Shown in pieces: positions 27,168 through 39,624 of a stretch of DNA of 64,000 bases (position 1 is its first letter; the number at the start of each line of letters is the position of its first letter). This stretch comes from Anaeramoeba ignava BMAN (Eukaryota > Protista > Anaeramoebae). Position numbers and translations under genes: made by a program. The stretch lies in assembly GCA_028826165.1 (NCBI GenBank), contig JAPDFW010000123.1, positions 100,776 through 164,775 of the forward strand. Direction: 5' to 3'. The notes below the pieces were generated by a model. That model saw nothing but the letters and a program-made list of their open reading frames with translations. It had not been told where the DNA came from and searched no databases.

Positions 27168-30100
27168 ATGACTCAATCAAATACAAATTTACCAAAAGAT
27201 GATACAATTAAACTTCAAGATCAAATTAAAAATATTAAATCAAAATATGAAGAACAACTTCAACAAGCAAATGTTGAAATTGAAAAATTAAAACAATCAA
27301 AATTAAATCAAAAAATTTATTTTGAACAAATTTTAAGCAATTTTGAAAAGAAAAGCTTTAAATCACAAGAAAAGAAAAACCAACTTAGACAAAAATTACA
27401 ATTAGAAAAGCAAGCAAAAGATGAAGCAAAACAAGTTAATTTTCAAATTCAAGAGAAATTATCAACTTTTAAAGTTCATTCTCATAAAATTAAAAATCAA
27501 ATGAAATTATTAACATCAGAAGCTCAAAATAAATTATCTCAAGAAATATCTAAAATTGAACAACTTATGAATAGAGTTTATCAATTTAAATTTTTTATTC
27601 AATCTGTTCGATATCAAAATGATTTCCAAAAAAAGAATATTGATGACTTAGAAAGTAAAAAACAAAACAAAAACAACAAAAAAAAATTTTTTTTTTAATT
27701 TTCCGTTATTTTTCTTTTATTTATAAAAAAAAAAAATTAAATAGATAAAATTATCAATTTAAATGAAACTATTAAATTATATAAACAAGAAAAACAGCAA
27801 ATTGAATATCAATTAAAGCAATCTCAACAACAAAATGAACCCATTTCAAGAGAAAATTCAAATCTTAAAGAAGAAATTGAACTTTTAAAAAATCATCAAA
27901 ATCAAATATCAGCAAATTACAGAAAAAAAACGCAAGAATTAATTGAATTTCAATCACAATCTATGGAAAAGGAAAATATCTTGAAAAAGTTTCTTGAACA
28001 GAAAAAAAGCGCAATTTCTCAGTTAAAAAACGAGAAGGAAATTTTATCCAAAGAAAACAGCAAAGCAAAAGAAAAACTGGATCAATATCTATCGAATATT
28101 CAACGTTTAGAAATGGAAATTATCCAAAAGGAAAATGAAATTTCAGAATTTATTCTACAGAAAAACAACAATTTTCCGCAAGAAAATGAATTTCAACAAA
28201 ATTCACAATATCCTATGTTTGATCGTTTTATTCAGAATATGATGAAAAAACACGAAGAAGAATGCCAAAAATTTGCACAAGAAATTGATTTTTTGAAAAA
28301 CAAAGATAATTTCCAAGAAATCTTCAATCAAATAAACGAGGAAGCCAATCGAAAAAACCAAGAGTTGGAAGAGAAAGTTGAGATGTACAAATCCAGTATT
28401 GAAAAAAGTGAAATCTATGAATCCAAATGCGCGGATTATGAACAAAGACAAATCCCGCATTACAAGCAATTGATTTCCGATTTGAATTCTCAAATACAAG
28501 AATTATTAACCCAAATTGTCAAAACAAAGCATGAGTTTGAGGAAAAAGAAATCAAGCAAAATATGTATCGAGGCTATTCAGAAGAACAAAATGCTCAGGA
28601 TGATTCAAGTCAAGAAATTGAAATGGATGATTTAGTTGTGTATTCAAACATCCCCGAACTTCAGCAAAAAAACCAGCAACTCATCCAAAAAGTTCGTATT
28701 TTGGAAAATAGTTTCAATTTGTTGAAAACCCAAAATAAGGATTTGGAAGTGGAAAACAACAAACTCAACGATGTAATCAATCTCTATCAGCAAAAAATTG
28801 ACAATGGCCATATAGAAACTCAGCAAGAAAATCTCCAGAAAGAATTTGAAATTTATATTCGAGAAAAAACCCAAGTTATTAAAAATCTACAAGAAGATCT
28901 CCATCAATTCAAGCAAATATCACAAAAATTAACCACAGAAAAAAAAGAACTTGAATTGCAGACTGAATTAGAAAATGAAAAACGAATTATTTTGGAAAAT
29001 GAAAAGGAAAGTCTTATCTATCAGAATCAATCCCTCTCAAGTCTAAACAAATCTTTAAAGAACGAGAACAAAAATCTCAAACAAACAAACACTGAATTAA
29101 CCGAAAATCAAAAAGAACTGCAAAAAAATATTGCAAATTTAAAGCACGATATTCAGCAATCTGAAAATGAAAAACTGAAATTACAAAGTGATATTTCAAA
29201 TTTATCCAAAATGAATGAATCTTCAGAATTGGAAAGACAGAGATTTCAGCAAATAATCTTCAAAATTGAGTCATCAAACAAAGAATTGGAAAACAAACAC
29301 TTTAAAATTCAGCAAAAATTGCAAGAGGAAATTGATTATCATAAAGGTCTTTTGGAGTTAAAAGACAAAAACCTGAAGAGTGAAGTTGATAAAATTGCCA
29401 AATTAAAATTGCAAATTCTTGAAATGAATGACAAATTAACGAATCAAAAACAGAAAGTAAAGCAATGGGAACTAAAGTTTTTGGATTTGAAAAATAAAAC
29501 AAAAGAAGAAAAGCAAAACGAAAAGAAAGAGGAAAATTTGGATAAAAATATTGAAAATATTGAAAATATTGAGATGGAAAATGAAATGAAAGAGAAAATT
29601 TCTGATCAAAAACAAACAGATATTCAAATGGAACCAAAATATTTAAATCAAATGAATTTGGAAGAGGAAATTGCTGAATATAAGTTTAAATCTATTGAAC
29701 ACCAAGGACAAATCAATTTCTTGCAATCAAGTTTAAATCAATACCAATTACTCAATTCAAAATTAAAAGATCAACTGGAAGACATGAAGCAGCTAAATCA
29801 ATTAGAAGTGCAAAAAATGGTGAAAAAGATTCAGGATCTTGAAAAACAACTACAGAATTCAAGTTCTAAAATTCAAGATCTTTCACAAGAAAAAATATGG
29901 AAGGAAGAACAAATATATGAACTACAACTACAAATTGAAAGGAAAAGCAAAGAAAATAGTTTTACAAACACCACATTTGATCATTCTCAAGTCAAAAAAG
30001 ATTTTGATAATCTTCGCAAACTTTATTTAGATTTTGAAAAAAAATATCAAAACGAAATTTCTTTGCATTCATCCGATTTCCAAAAAATGAATCAATGCAA

Positions 30101-32562
30101 AGATTTTTCACACAAATTTGAAAATGAAATTAAGGAAATGCATACAACAATTCAAAAAATCACTGCAGAAAAAGAACTTCTTGCTGAAAGAAATCAGCAA
30201 TTATTACAAAATCATGAATTGGAAATGGATAAAATGAAGGATATTTTGCATCAATTAAAATTGGAAAATCAGCAAATATTCCAAAACTATAACGAAAAGT
30301 TAAAATCTTTATCTAACACAAACGAAGTGAATTTGCAATCAACAATCCCAATTTCAAATCGAGATGAGAAGCATTTGACAACTACAATGTCTGAATTAGT
30401 TGAAATTAAAAAAGAAAATGAACATTTGAAGATTTCAATTCAAGAACTTGAAATGGAACGTAATAACTTGTCTCAAAAAATTCAAAATTTTAATAAAATG
30501 GAAGAAGAAACAAACGAAAATGAAATTCAAAATCAAAATGGAATTCAAAATCAATTTAGTGTTGAAAACCAACAAAAAGAAGCCATTTCTTTGTTAGTTA
30601 AAAGCAATCAATTTTTAAGAGAGAAAATCAAAATTACACTTTCTAATTTGCACGAAATTGAACTGAAAGTTGAAAATTATGAATCTCAAAAAGAAAATGC
30701 ATATCAAAATATCAAAAATCTGGAAAATCAATTGAAAAATTTAGAGAAAATAAATATCCAAAATGAAGAAGAAATTTTAAGATGGAAAAATAGAGTTTAT
30801 TATTTATTGCAAAATAAGGAAAGTAAATTTGTTTTGAATAAGAACGAAGAAATGTTTATTGATCTGCATAATCTTCTTTTCAATTCACCAGAACAAAAAC
30901 TACGTAAAGAAATAACAGATTTACAATCTGTTATTGATAATTTGCATCAAGAAAAGGAACAAATCCAACAAAATTTGAAACAACAAAAAAATCAAATTGA
31001 TAAACTCAAAAAACAAACAAATAGCTTACAACAAAAATTGGAAGAAAAAGAAAATGAAATTAAGAAAATGGTTTCGGAAAAAGAAGACCATTTGAAAATG
31101 ATTGAAAATTTAAAGCCACTCCTCAATTTATCAAGACAATTTGAAACTCGATATAAAGATTCGGAATTAAAAATCACAAATTTAACTCAAGAACTCGCAG
31201 ATTCACGTTCATTGAATACAAACCTAGAAAAACAAATTGAGTTAATTAACCAAGATTTGAAAAATCAAGATTTATTTACAAAACAAGTTGCAAACTTAAC
31301 AAATCAAAAGGAAAAACTTGAAAATGAATTGAAAAGAATCATTTCATCTTCAAAACAAAATGAGAAGAAATTACAAGATGATTTGAATATTTTATCCTCA
31401 AGTATTAAAGATAAGGATCAAGAAATCAAAAAACTACAAGAAGGTTCTTCAAATTGTTTAAATCGACTTAAAAAGGCAACCAATTTATTATTTGTTTTGA
31501 AAAATAAAATTTCAGAAATATCCCAAAAACAAAATTCTTCAGAAGGAACAAGAAAACATTTACAAAATGAAGAAATTAAAGTACTTCCATTTGTGAAAAA
31601 CGAAAATCAAGATTTTTCAAACCAATTGAAAAGAGGGAAAACAAATCAAATCCAAAGCGAAAATGAAAATGATTTGAAAATTAATTTAAAAAATCTTCCT
31701 TCTGATAAATATTCTACTTTATTAGGACTACCTAATCCATTATTTTCAACTCCTTCATTTAAAAAATTGATAAACATTCCTCTTACCCCAAAAGAATCAT
31801 TTAATCAATCAAATACAAAATCTAAATACAAATACAAATTCAAATTCAAATTCAAATACAAATACAAATACAGATTTAAATACAAATACAAATACAGATT
31901 TAAATACAAATACAAATACAAATACAAATACAAATACAAATACAAATACAAATACAAATACAAATACAAATACAAATACAAATACAAATACAAATACAAA
32001 TACAAATCTAAATACAAATACAAATACAAATACAAATACAAATACAAATCTAAATACAAATCTAAATACAAATACAAATACAAATACAAATACAAATACA
32101 AATATAATTACAAAATCAAATACAAATACAAATACAAATACAGATTTAAATTCAATTACAAAATCAAATTCAAATTCAAATCTAGATTTAAATTCAAATA
32201 CAAATACAAAATCAAATTCAAATTCAAATTCAAATTCAAATACTGGAGAAATTCCAAAATTACAACTTTTTCACAATTCATTTAGTTCTTTTCTTAAAAA
32301 GAAAAATCAAAACCAAAATCAAAATTTAAATTTCAATTTCAATCGAAATCAATATCAACCTTTATATCAACCTCCATATCAACCTCCATATCAACCTCCA
32401 TATCAAAACCAAAATCAAAATCAAAATCAAAATTTATATATGAATTTCAATCCAAATCAAAACTTTCATTTCAATCCAAATCAAAATTTTAATCAAAATC
32501 CAAATTTCAATCCAAATAAATTCCAAAATCCAAATTTTAATCAAAATCAAAATCAAAATTAA
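27168..32562 (+). CDS. TPR: Nucleoprotein TPR/Mlp1-like nuclear basket coiled-coil protein
   Basis: Long coiled coil with LVVYSNIPELQQKNQQL, YQNEISLHSSD and EEEILRWKNR, resembling TPR/Mlp motifs. Intron 27655-27743. A one-base shift near 31820 turns the KY tail into an NT-repeat then QPPY/NQ tail ending at TAA 32562. Confidence 0.75.
31825..32240. repeat. (AATACA)n / (AAATTC)n coding microsatellite in the TPR C-terminus
   Basis: Read directly from the sequence. Confidence 0.85.
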
Positions 32563-32642
32563 AATTTTAAATTAAAAATTAAAATCAAAATTAAAAATTA
32601 AAATTTTTTTCATTTTCAATTTTTTCATTTTTTTCTTTATAA

Positions 32643-33219
32643 ATGAAATTTCCAACATCTTATATTTCCTTTTTTTTCGTTTTTATATCAATTATTCAAT
32701 CATTATATTTTTATCCAAAACTTCCATTAAAAGTTGCAATTCATTATAATAAATATGTATTTTAATTTTAAAAAAAAAATTTAAAAAAATTTAACAAGAA
32801 AAACTAATTTAAAAAAAAAAAATAAGTTAAATCCAGATAAATTTGGTGATAAATCTTGGTTTGTTTTAATTTATAATTTAGTTCAAATTGGTATATTTTT
32901 AATTTTTGAATTTGTTCATTTTCATTCAGCTAAAAAACCTGAATCAATGAAAATTCCAAATGCTGATTATTGGATTGTTGAAGAAAGATGTGCAAAAACC
33001 GTTAGAAAAAATCAAATAATGAATAAAATATTATGTTGGGGAACTTTATCTTTTTTAATTTGTATTTTTCAATTAGTTTTTTTGGATAATTTATCAGAAC
33101 ACACTCTTGATTATTTTGGATTTGTTTGGATTATTATTTTTGGATATTTAGGTTATTTAGTTATTTGGTCTTCATTTTTATTATATATTTTTCGAATTCC
33201 AAAATTAAAATTTAAATAA
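32643..33219 (+). CDS. DUF1648-like (SdpI-related) small multi-pass membrane protein, 2 exons
   Basis: Exons 32643-32756 and 32827-33219 join in frame: YPKLPLKVAIHYNKY|LNPDKFGDK...KIPNADYW, with about four hydrophobic segments. Confidence 0.72.
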
Positions 33220-33274
33220 ATTTTTTATTAAGAAATATTTTTTCATTTTTTTCATTTTTTTTCATTTTTTTAAA

Positions 33275-36200
33275 ATGACATCTTTAGAAAGATTTCTTTC
33301 TTCTTTAAATAAAACAAGTGTTCAAGAGCAATTTGTAAAAGAAATTAAATTGAAATTAAATTGAAATTAAAAGAAATTAAATTGAAATAAAAAGAAATTA
33401 AATTAAAATTAAATTGAATTATAATTTTTTATTAAAAGGCAGGAGAAACAAAATTACATCAAGCGGTTAAAAATTTTAAAGGTGATGAATTAATAAAAGC
33501 ATTAATAAAATTAAAACATTTAGAATCACCTTTCCTTGAAGATTCAAATGTGAGAAGAGAAAAAATCAAATTTAATCAAATGAAAAAAAAAATTTATGAA
33601 AAAGAAAAAAAAAATTTTTTTCTCATAATTTTAGTCAAAAACTCCATTATATTATGCTATAAAAAATAAATGTGAACCTGAAGCTATTGAATTATTAATG
33701 GAATTTAAACCAGATTTTAATAAAGAAGTTGTATAAAGAAAAAAAGAAAATAGAATAATAATTTTTAATTATTTATATTTAATAATTTTTAATTTATATT
33801 TTAGGAATATGTAATTTAATATTAATATTATTATTATTATTATCATTTTGATTGATAATTTCAGAATTCATTTTCATCTTCTTTTTATTTTAATATTAGA
33901 ATTTAACTTATTTAGATTTTGCTTTTTCAGTTAATTCTCCAGTTAAAACTATTGAAATTTTACTGGAAAATGGAGCAAATCCAAATTTTAGACATGTAAA
34001 TTAATGAAAAAATTTAAATTTCTATTGATAATTTTATTAAAAAAAAATAGGGAGTAAAAAATTCTATTTTTAAATCATCTTAATTCATTCATTCATTTAT
34101 TCAATTTATAAATAATATTTTAGTCTGTAAATTATTTATATTCAAATTAGTTTGAATTCAATTTCTTAAATTTTAATTTTTAGACTGAAACACCATTTCA
34201 TTTTGCAACAAGATATAAACAACCACCAGAGGTTTTTGAATTATTAGTTAAATATCATGGTGATGTTAATGCTGTGAATGTAATTAATACATATTTGTTA
34301 GAAATGGAAAGAAAAATGATTTGGAATTTGATTTTTTCTATTTTTTAGTCTGTAAAAAAAAAATATTATCAAAATTATTAATATACTTAATTTGGAAATT
34401 TAAAATTACTTTCTTTCTTTCTTTCTTTATTATTAAAAGGGAGTAAATTTATAATTAAAACTTTTTAGTTAAAAATAATCATAATTTAAATTGAAAAATA
34501 TTTAATATATAGAATGGAAGTGTTCTTCATTGGGCAACATTTTATGATTCTAATCCAAAATGTGTAGAAATTCTGTTAAAAGCTGGAGCAAGAATTCATG
34601 ATACAACTGTTTATTATTTTATTTTATTTTATTTTAAATAAATATAGAAATATAAATATTTATATTTTTGTTTTAGAATGTAAATTTAATGTTATTTTTT
34701 TGATTTGATTTGATTTGATTTGATTAAAAATAATTTTTTAGGATGTAAAAAATTTATTGAAATTTTATAGTGATTTAAATTTAATATTAATAATTATTTC
34801 AGGGAAGAAACGCATTACATTATGGAGTTCAAAGGAATTTTAATATTGAATCTGCTAAAGTGTTAGCAAAATATGGGCAAAATATGGATTCACAAGATGT
34901 ATTTTATTTAAATTAATTACAAAAAAAAATAATAATCAAAAAATGATAATTTTCAAAAATAGAGCGTAAAAATTAAATTAAATTATGAATATATTTTTGT
35001 TTTCTTATTTCTTTGAAAAAGAAAGTCAGTAAAAAAATTTGAGGAAATTTTTTCTTGTTTTTTTCTTGAGAAAAATAAAATTAAAATTAAAATTAAAAAT
35101 TATTTGATTTATAGGGAAATACTTGTTTGCATTTTTTTTCTGATACAAAAAATCCAATTAAAATGTTAGAAACACTTCTTGAACTTGGAGCAAATCCAAA
35201 TATTTGCAATGTATTATTTAATTGAATAAAAATGAAAATAATAAAATAATGAAAATGAAAATGAAATAGAAAGTAATTATTTAATCGAATGAAAAGAAAA
35301 ATTTGACAAATTTTATTAAATATTTTTTTTTTTGGTTTTATAAAAAAAAGGTTGTAAATTTATTTAAAATTTTCATTTAAATTTGTTTTGGAAAAAAAAT
35401 ATGGAAATTAAATTGAATTGAAAATTGAAAAATATTTAGAGGAAAACACCACTTGAAATTATAATATCCAAAAGAAATTCAAGAGAAGATTCAGAGGATT
35501 TAATAAAATTATTATTAGATTATGGAGCTGATGTTTTTCTTCCTGAAGTGAGAAAAACAAACCAAAAAAATATATAGAAAAGAAAAGAAAAGAAAAGAAT
35601 AATTATTATTATTATTATTTTTATTAGGAAAAACCATTAATAGATAACGTAACAGATGATATAAAGGATATAATATTAGGATATAGTGGAATTTGTCGAG
35701 ATATAATTTCCTTTTTAGAAAGACAAGAATTTGGAGATGCAAAATTTAAAACTTCAGATGGAAAAGAAATAACGATTCATTCATTTATTATCAAATTTAG
35801 ATTTGAGGAAGATATGAATATTAATAATTTGATTAGATTGTTAGAAAGTAAAACATATAGTGAATCAATGGGGATTTTAAAATCAATTTATTCAGGATTG
35901 GGATGGAAAGAAGAATATGAAAATATGCTCAAAGATATTGGAATTAATACAGAAAAAATAGCTCAAAAAAAAGGAAAAAAGGGATTAATTAAAGATTTGA
36001 AAATTTTATTTAATCATGAAGAAAGTAAAGACTTCACTATTTATGTTGAGGAAAAATATATTAAAGTTCATAAATTAATATTAATAATAAGAAGTGATTT
36101 ATATCGAGGAATGTTTTTAAATGTTCAAGATGATTCAAATTCAGTTCATGATTATTCAAGAAACTCCTTTGAATCTGTTTCTGCTTTGATTTATTTTTTT

Positions 36201-36431
36201 TATATGGATGAATTCCCTCAAAATTTAACTGATTTAAATATTGAAGAATTAAGTGAAGCTCATGATTATTATGAACTTCATGGAAAAAATCTTGATTTTT
36301 ATTTTGAAAAATTCAAGAAGAAAAAAAATTCAAAAAAGAAAAAGAAAAAGAAAAAGAAAAAGAAGAACAAAAATGAAAATGAGAATGAAAATTTAACAAA
36401 AAAAAATACAAGAAATTGCAATATTTTTTAA
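33275..36431 (+). CDS. Ankyrin-repeat + BTB/POZ protein with polybasic-CaaX tail; 21 exons including 11 microexons, about 564 aa
   Basis: Exons: 33275-33334, 33439-33549, 33635-33730, 33805-33810, 33900-33995, 34051-34053, 34124-34126, 34184-34279, 34349-34351, 34440-34442, 34513-34608, 34677-34679, 34742-34744, 34803-34898, 34963-34965, 35026-35028, 35115-35210, 35270-35272, 35351-35353, 35440-35547, 35628-36431. All 20 introns are GT-AG, phase 0 and 55-104 nt. BTB motif KDFTIYVEEKYIKVHKLILIIRSDLYRGMF; the protein ends in poly-Lys...CNIF. Confidence 0.88.
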
Positions 36432-36702
36432 ATTCAATTCAATTCAATTCAATTCAATTCAAAATCGGAAAAAAAAAAAGTAATAAGGAAATATTTTTTT
36501 TTCAATTTTGTTTTGAAAGTTTTAATTTTTTTTTTCTTCCAATTCAATAAAAGTATTTTTTTTTTGTTTTACAAAAGATTCCTTATTATATTATTTTTTT
36601 TTTTTTTGAAAGAAAAAGGAAGAAGAGGAAGAAGAGGAAGAAAGAAAAAAGAAAAAAGAAAAAAGAAAAATAAATCGAATTCTTTCATTTTTCCTTTTTC
36701 AA

Positions 36703-39191
36703 TTAAAATTTGGTATCTTGTTGTAAACGATTTTGAAGCATTAAAATTTGTTTTTGTAAATTTTGAAGTTTCTTTTCTTTTCTTGAAAGTTTTTTTTTCA
36801 TTTGATGAATTTTATCAATATTACCAAATAAATTTTTAGATAAAATATCTGAAATTTCTGGACGAGAATTTGGATTAGAACTTGTCATTTCAAGAATTAA
36901 ATTTGAAATCTTTTTTTTTATTATTTTAAATTTTAATTTTTAATTTTTAATTTTTAATAATAAAAATAAAAATAATAATACATCAGGATATTTTTGGATA
37001 AAATTTGAAGGTAATTTATGAGTTTTGCGAAGTTTTAAAATTAGCTTCTTATTTTCTTCTTGAGAAGTAAAAGGATAAAGCAATTCAAATAAAATGATGC
37101 CTAAAGAATAAACATCAGATTTTTGAGAACAATTTTGGGAATTTTCCAATTGTTCTGGACTAATATATTTATTTTTCATTCCCCAATTTTCTTCTCCATA
37201 ACTTATTCCAGTTGAAATTCCAAAGTCACTAATTTTAACTTTGTTTGATCGACTTGGATTTACAAATATATTTTCTGGTTTTAAACGGAAATGAGCGATT
37301 TTTCTTTGATGACAGTACTCAATTCCTTGTAAAATTTGTTGGAAAACATTCTTTACTGCAATAAAATTTATTCCATTTACTTGGTTAATTCTGTTCCATG
37401 ATGCTAAATTGTTGAAATCGCAAAACTCCATTTGAATAAATAGAACAAAATCACATTTTTTTTCTGAAATGACTTTGTGCTGTCTTGAAATGAATGCTTC
37501 TGAAAATCTTTCTATCATGATTCCTACATTTTCTGTTAATTCCTGATCTTTTTGATTTTGTTCTACATCTTCATTGCAAAATATAGTTTCTTGAAAGTTA
37601 TGGTTTTCTTTTGATTTTGTTCTTGAATTAGATTTTGTTCTTGATTTTGATTTTTGGATTTTCTTTTTCTTGAATTTGTTCTTGTCGTTTTCAGTTTGGT
37701 TGAATATCACTTCTTTGTTTTCATCTTCAATAAATTCCACATCTTCCAAATTTTCTAACAAATTTTGTGAAAATTTTGGTATTTTCTGACGATAAAAAAC
37801 ATCATTAGAATCATCAGTAAATAAACCATTATTAATACTATTTTGTGTATTCCCATCATTTTCATCAGTGTTTTCTTGACTGAATCTGGAGTTTTTTCTT
37901 ATTTTTGGTGTAGAATGATCATCATTTGGAAAATTAAAGGAATTTTGATGAGATTTGTTAAAAGATTTTGATGAAAATAAATCACTTTCATTTGAAAGAA
38001 TTTCAGAATCACTTTCTGATTGTGTTAGATCATTAATTGATGAACTTCGAGAAAAAGAAACAGTTTCCTCCCAGAAGTCAAGCCAAGTCTTTTATATATT
38101 TTTATATATATTTATATATTTAATTATTTAATTATTTTTTTATTATTTTTTTAGTTATAATATACACTATAATAACGAACAATGCTTGGGTGACTTAAAG
38201 TTGCTATTTTCTTTACTTTTTCAAGTGCTTCTTTGAGATTTTGTGATACTAATGGTATTTTCTTAATTGCATATTCTTTTCCATCAATAACATTTTTTGA
38301 AGAATAAATAGCTCCATTTGGTCCTTCTCCAATTTTACAAATTTCTCTGAAATTGGAAGAGTACCAATTTAATTTTAAGTAATGTAATGGATTTTCGTAA
38401 TTACTTTGCATTAAATTGGTTGTTGATTGTTGCATTTTTGGTTCTATTGCTGATTGAAATGATGAATTTTGGAAAAATGGAATATCTTTAAATTGTTTTT
38501 CAATTTCTGTTTCCAAAGGTTTTAAGCTTTTAGTTTTTTTCATTGGGGCTTCAATACAAGCCAATTCTGCGTTTCTTTTAATTATTATTTAAATTATTAT
38601 TAAAATTTATTATTAAAATTATTATTAAAATTATTATTAAAATTATTATTAAATTTATTATTAAATTTATATATTATATTTATTATTAAAATTTATATTA
38701 AAATTATTATTAAATTTATTATTAAATTTATTATTAAAATTATTATTAAATTTATTATAAAATTATTATTAAAATTATTATTAAAATTATTATTAAAATT
38801 ATTATTAAAATTATTATTTAATTGATTATTAAAATTATTATTAAAATTATTATATAAAATTTATATTAAATTTTCTATTAAATTTTCTATTAAAATTTTT
38901 GGATTACAAAAACAAATTAGGAAGAGATTGAGAAGTTGTAAATGAATCTTTTGTTTGAAGATTTGATTTGGATTGAAAAAGAAATCTTCGAATAAGATCA
39001 ATTTTAATATTACTTGGAAGAAAATGTTGATCTTGTTCTCTTAAATTAAATTTTGCTTGTAATTGAGGAAAAAGTTGAGAGAATAATTCATTTGTAAATT
39101 TATTTCTTGATGGTTGACGTTTTAATGAACTTGTAGTTAATTGAATTGTTTGTTTTGGTGGAATTGAAGTTGAAAAAGTGTGATTTTGCAT
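36703..39191 (-). CDS. eIF2-alpha kinase family (HRI/GCN2-like) protein with long kinase insert; probable pseudokinase
   Basis: FREICKIGEGPNGAIY, IDGKEYAIKKI, LSHPSIVRYY..WL, acidic insert, LFIQMEFCD, KVKISDFG, YISPEQ and KSDVYSLGIILFEL; four exons. Confidence 0.85.
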
Positions 39192-39624
39192 TGTCAACCA
39201 AAAAGAAAAAAGAAAAAGAAAAAGAAAAAAAAAAAAGAAAAATGAATTTATAAAAAAAAAAAAGATCATTTTTTGTGTTTTTTTTGTTTTTATTTTATTT
39301 TATATTTTGTTTTATTTTTTTATTTTGGGATTATTTGTCACTTTTTTTAAATTAATTTGTAAATGTTAAATGTTTTGGATTGTGATTAAAAAATATTTAA
39401 ATAAGAAATTTTTTTTTTTTTTTTTTTTTGATCATTTTTATTTTTTTTTTGTTTTTTGGATTAAATTTTTAAATTAAATTTTAAAAAGAAATAATAAGAA
39501 AAATTATTTGGGGAGTTTCTTGATTTAAAATTAATAACTTCTTTTTATCTTTTTGCTTCTTCAAAAAAATATAAAAATTTTATTGATTTAAAAACAAAAA
39601 AAAAGCAAAAAGAAAAAAGAAAAT

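Noticed and set aside
31805-32285. (KY)n tail on the TPR ORF as a real domain
   Set aside because: One extra A near 31820 explains it; the shifted frame gives an NT repeat running into a sensible QPPY/NQ tail and stop.
34280-34800. Additional microexons (TAG-AAA-TG near 34300, TAG-AAA-TA near 34646, TAG-TGA near 34769)
   Set aside because: None has a GT donor after the codon, and they are not needed for ankyrin spacing.
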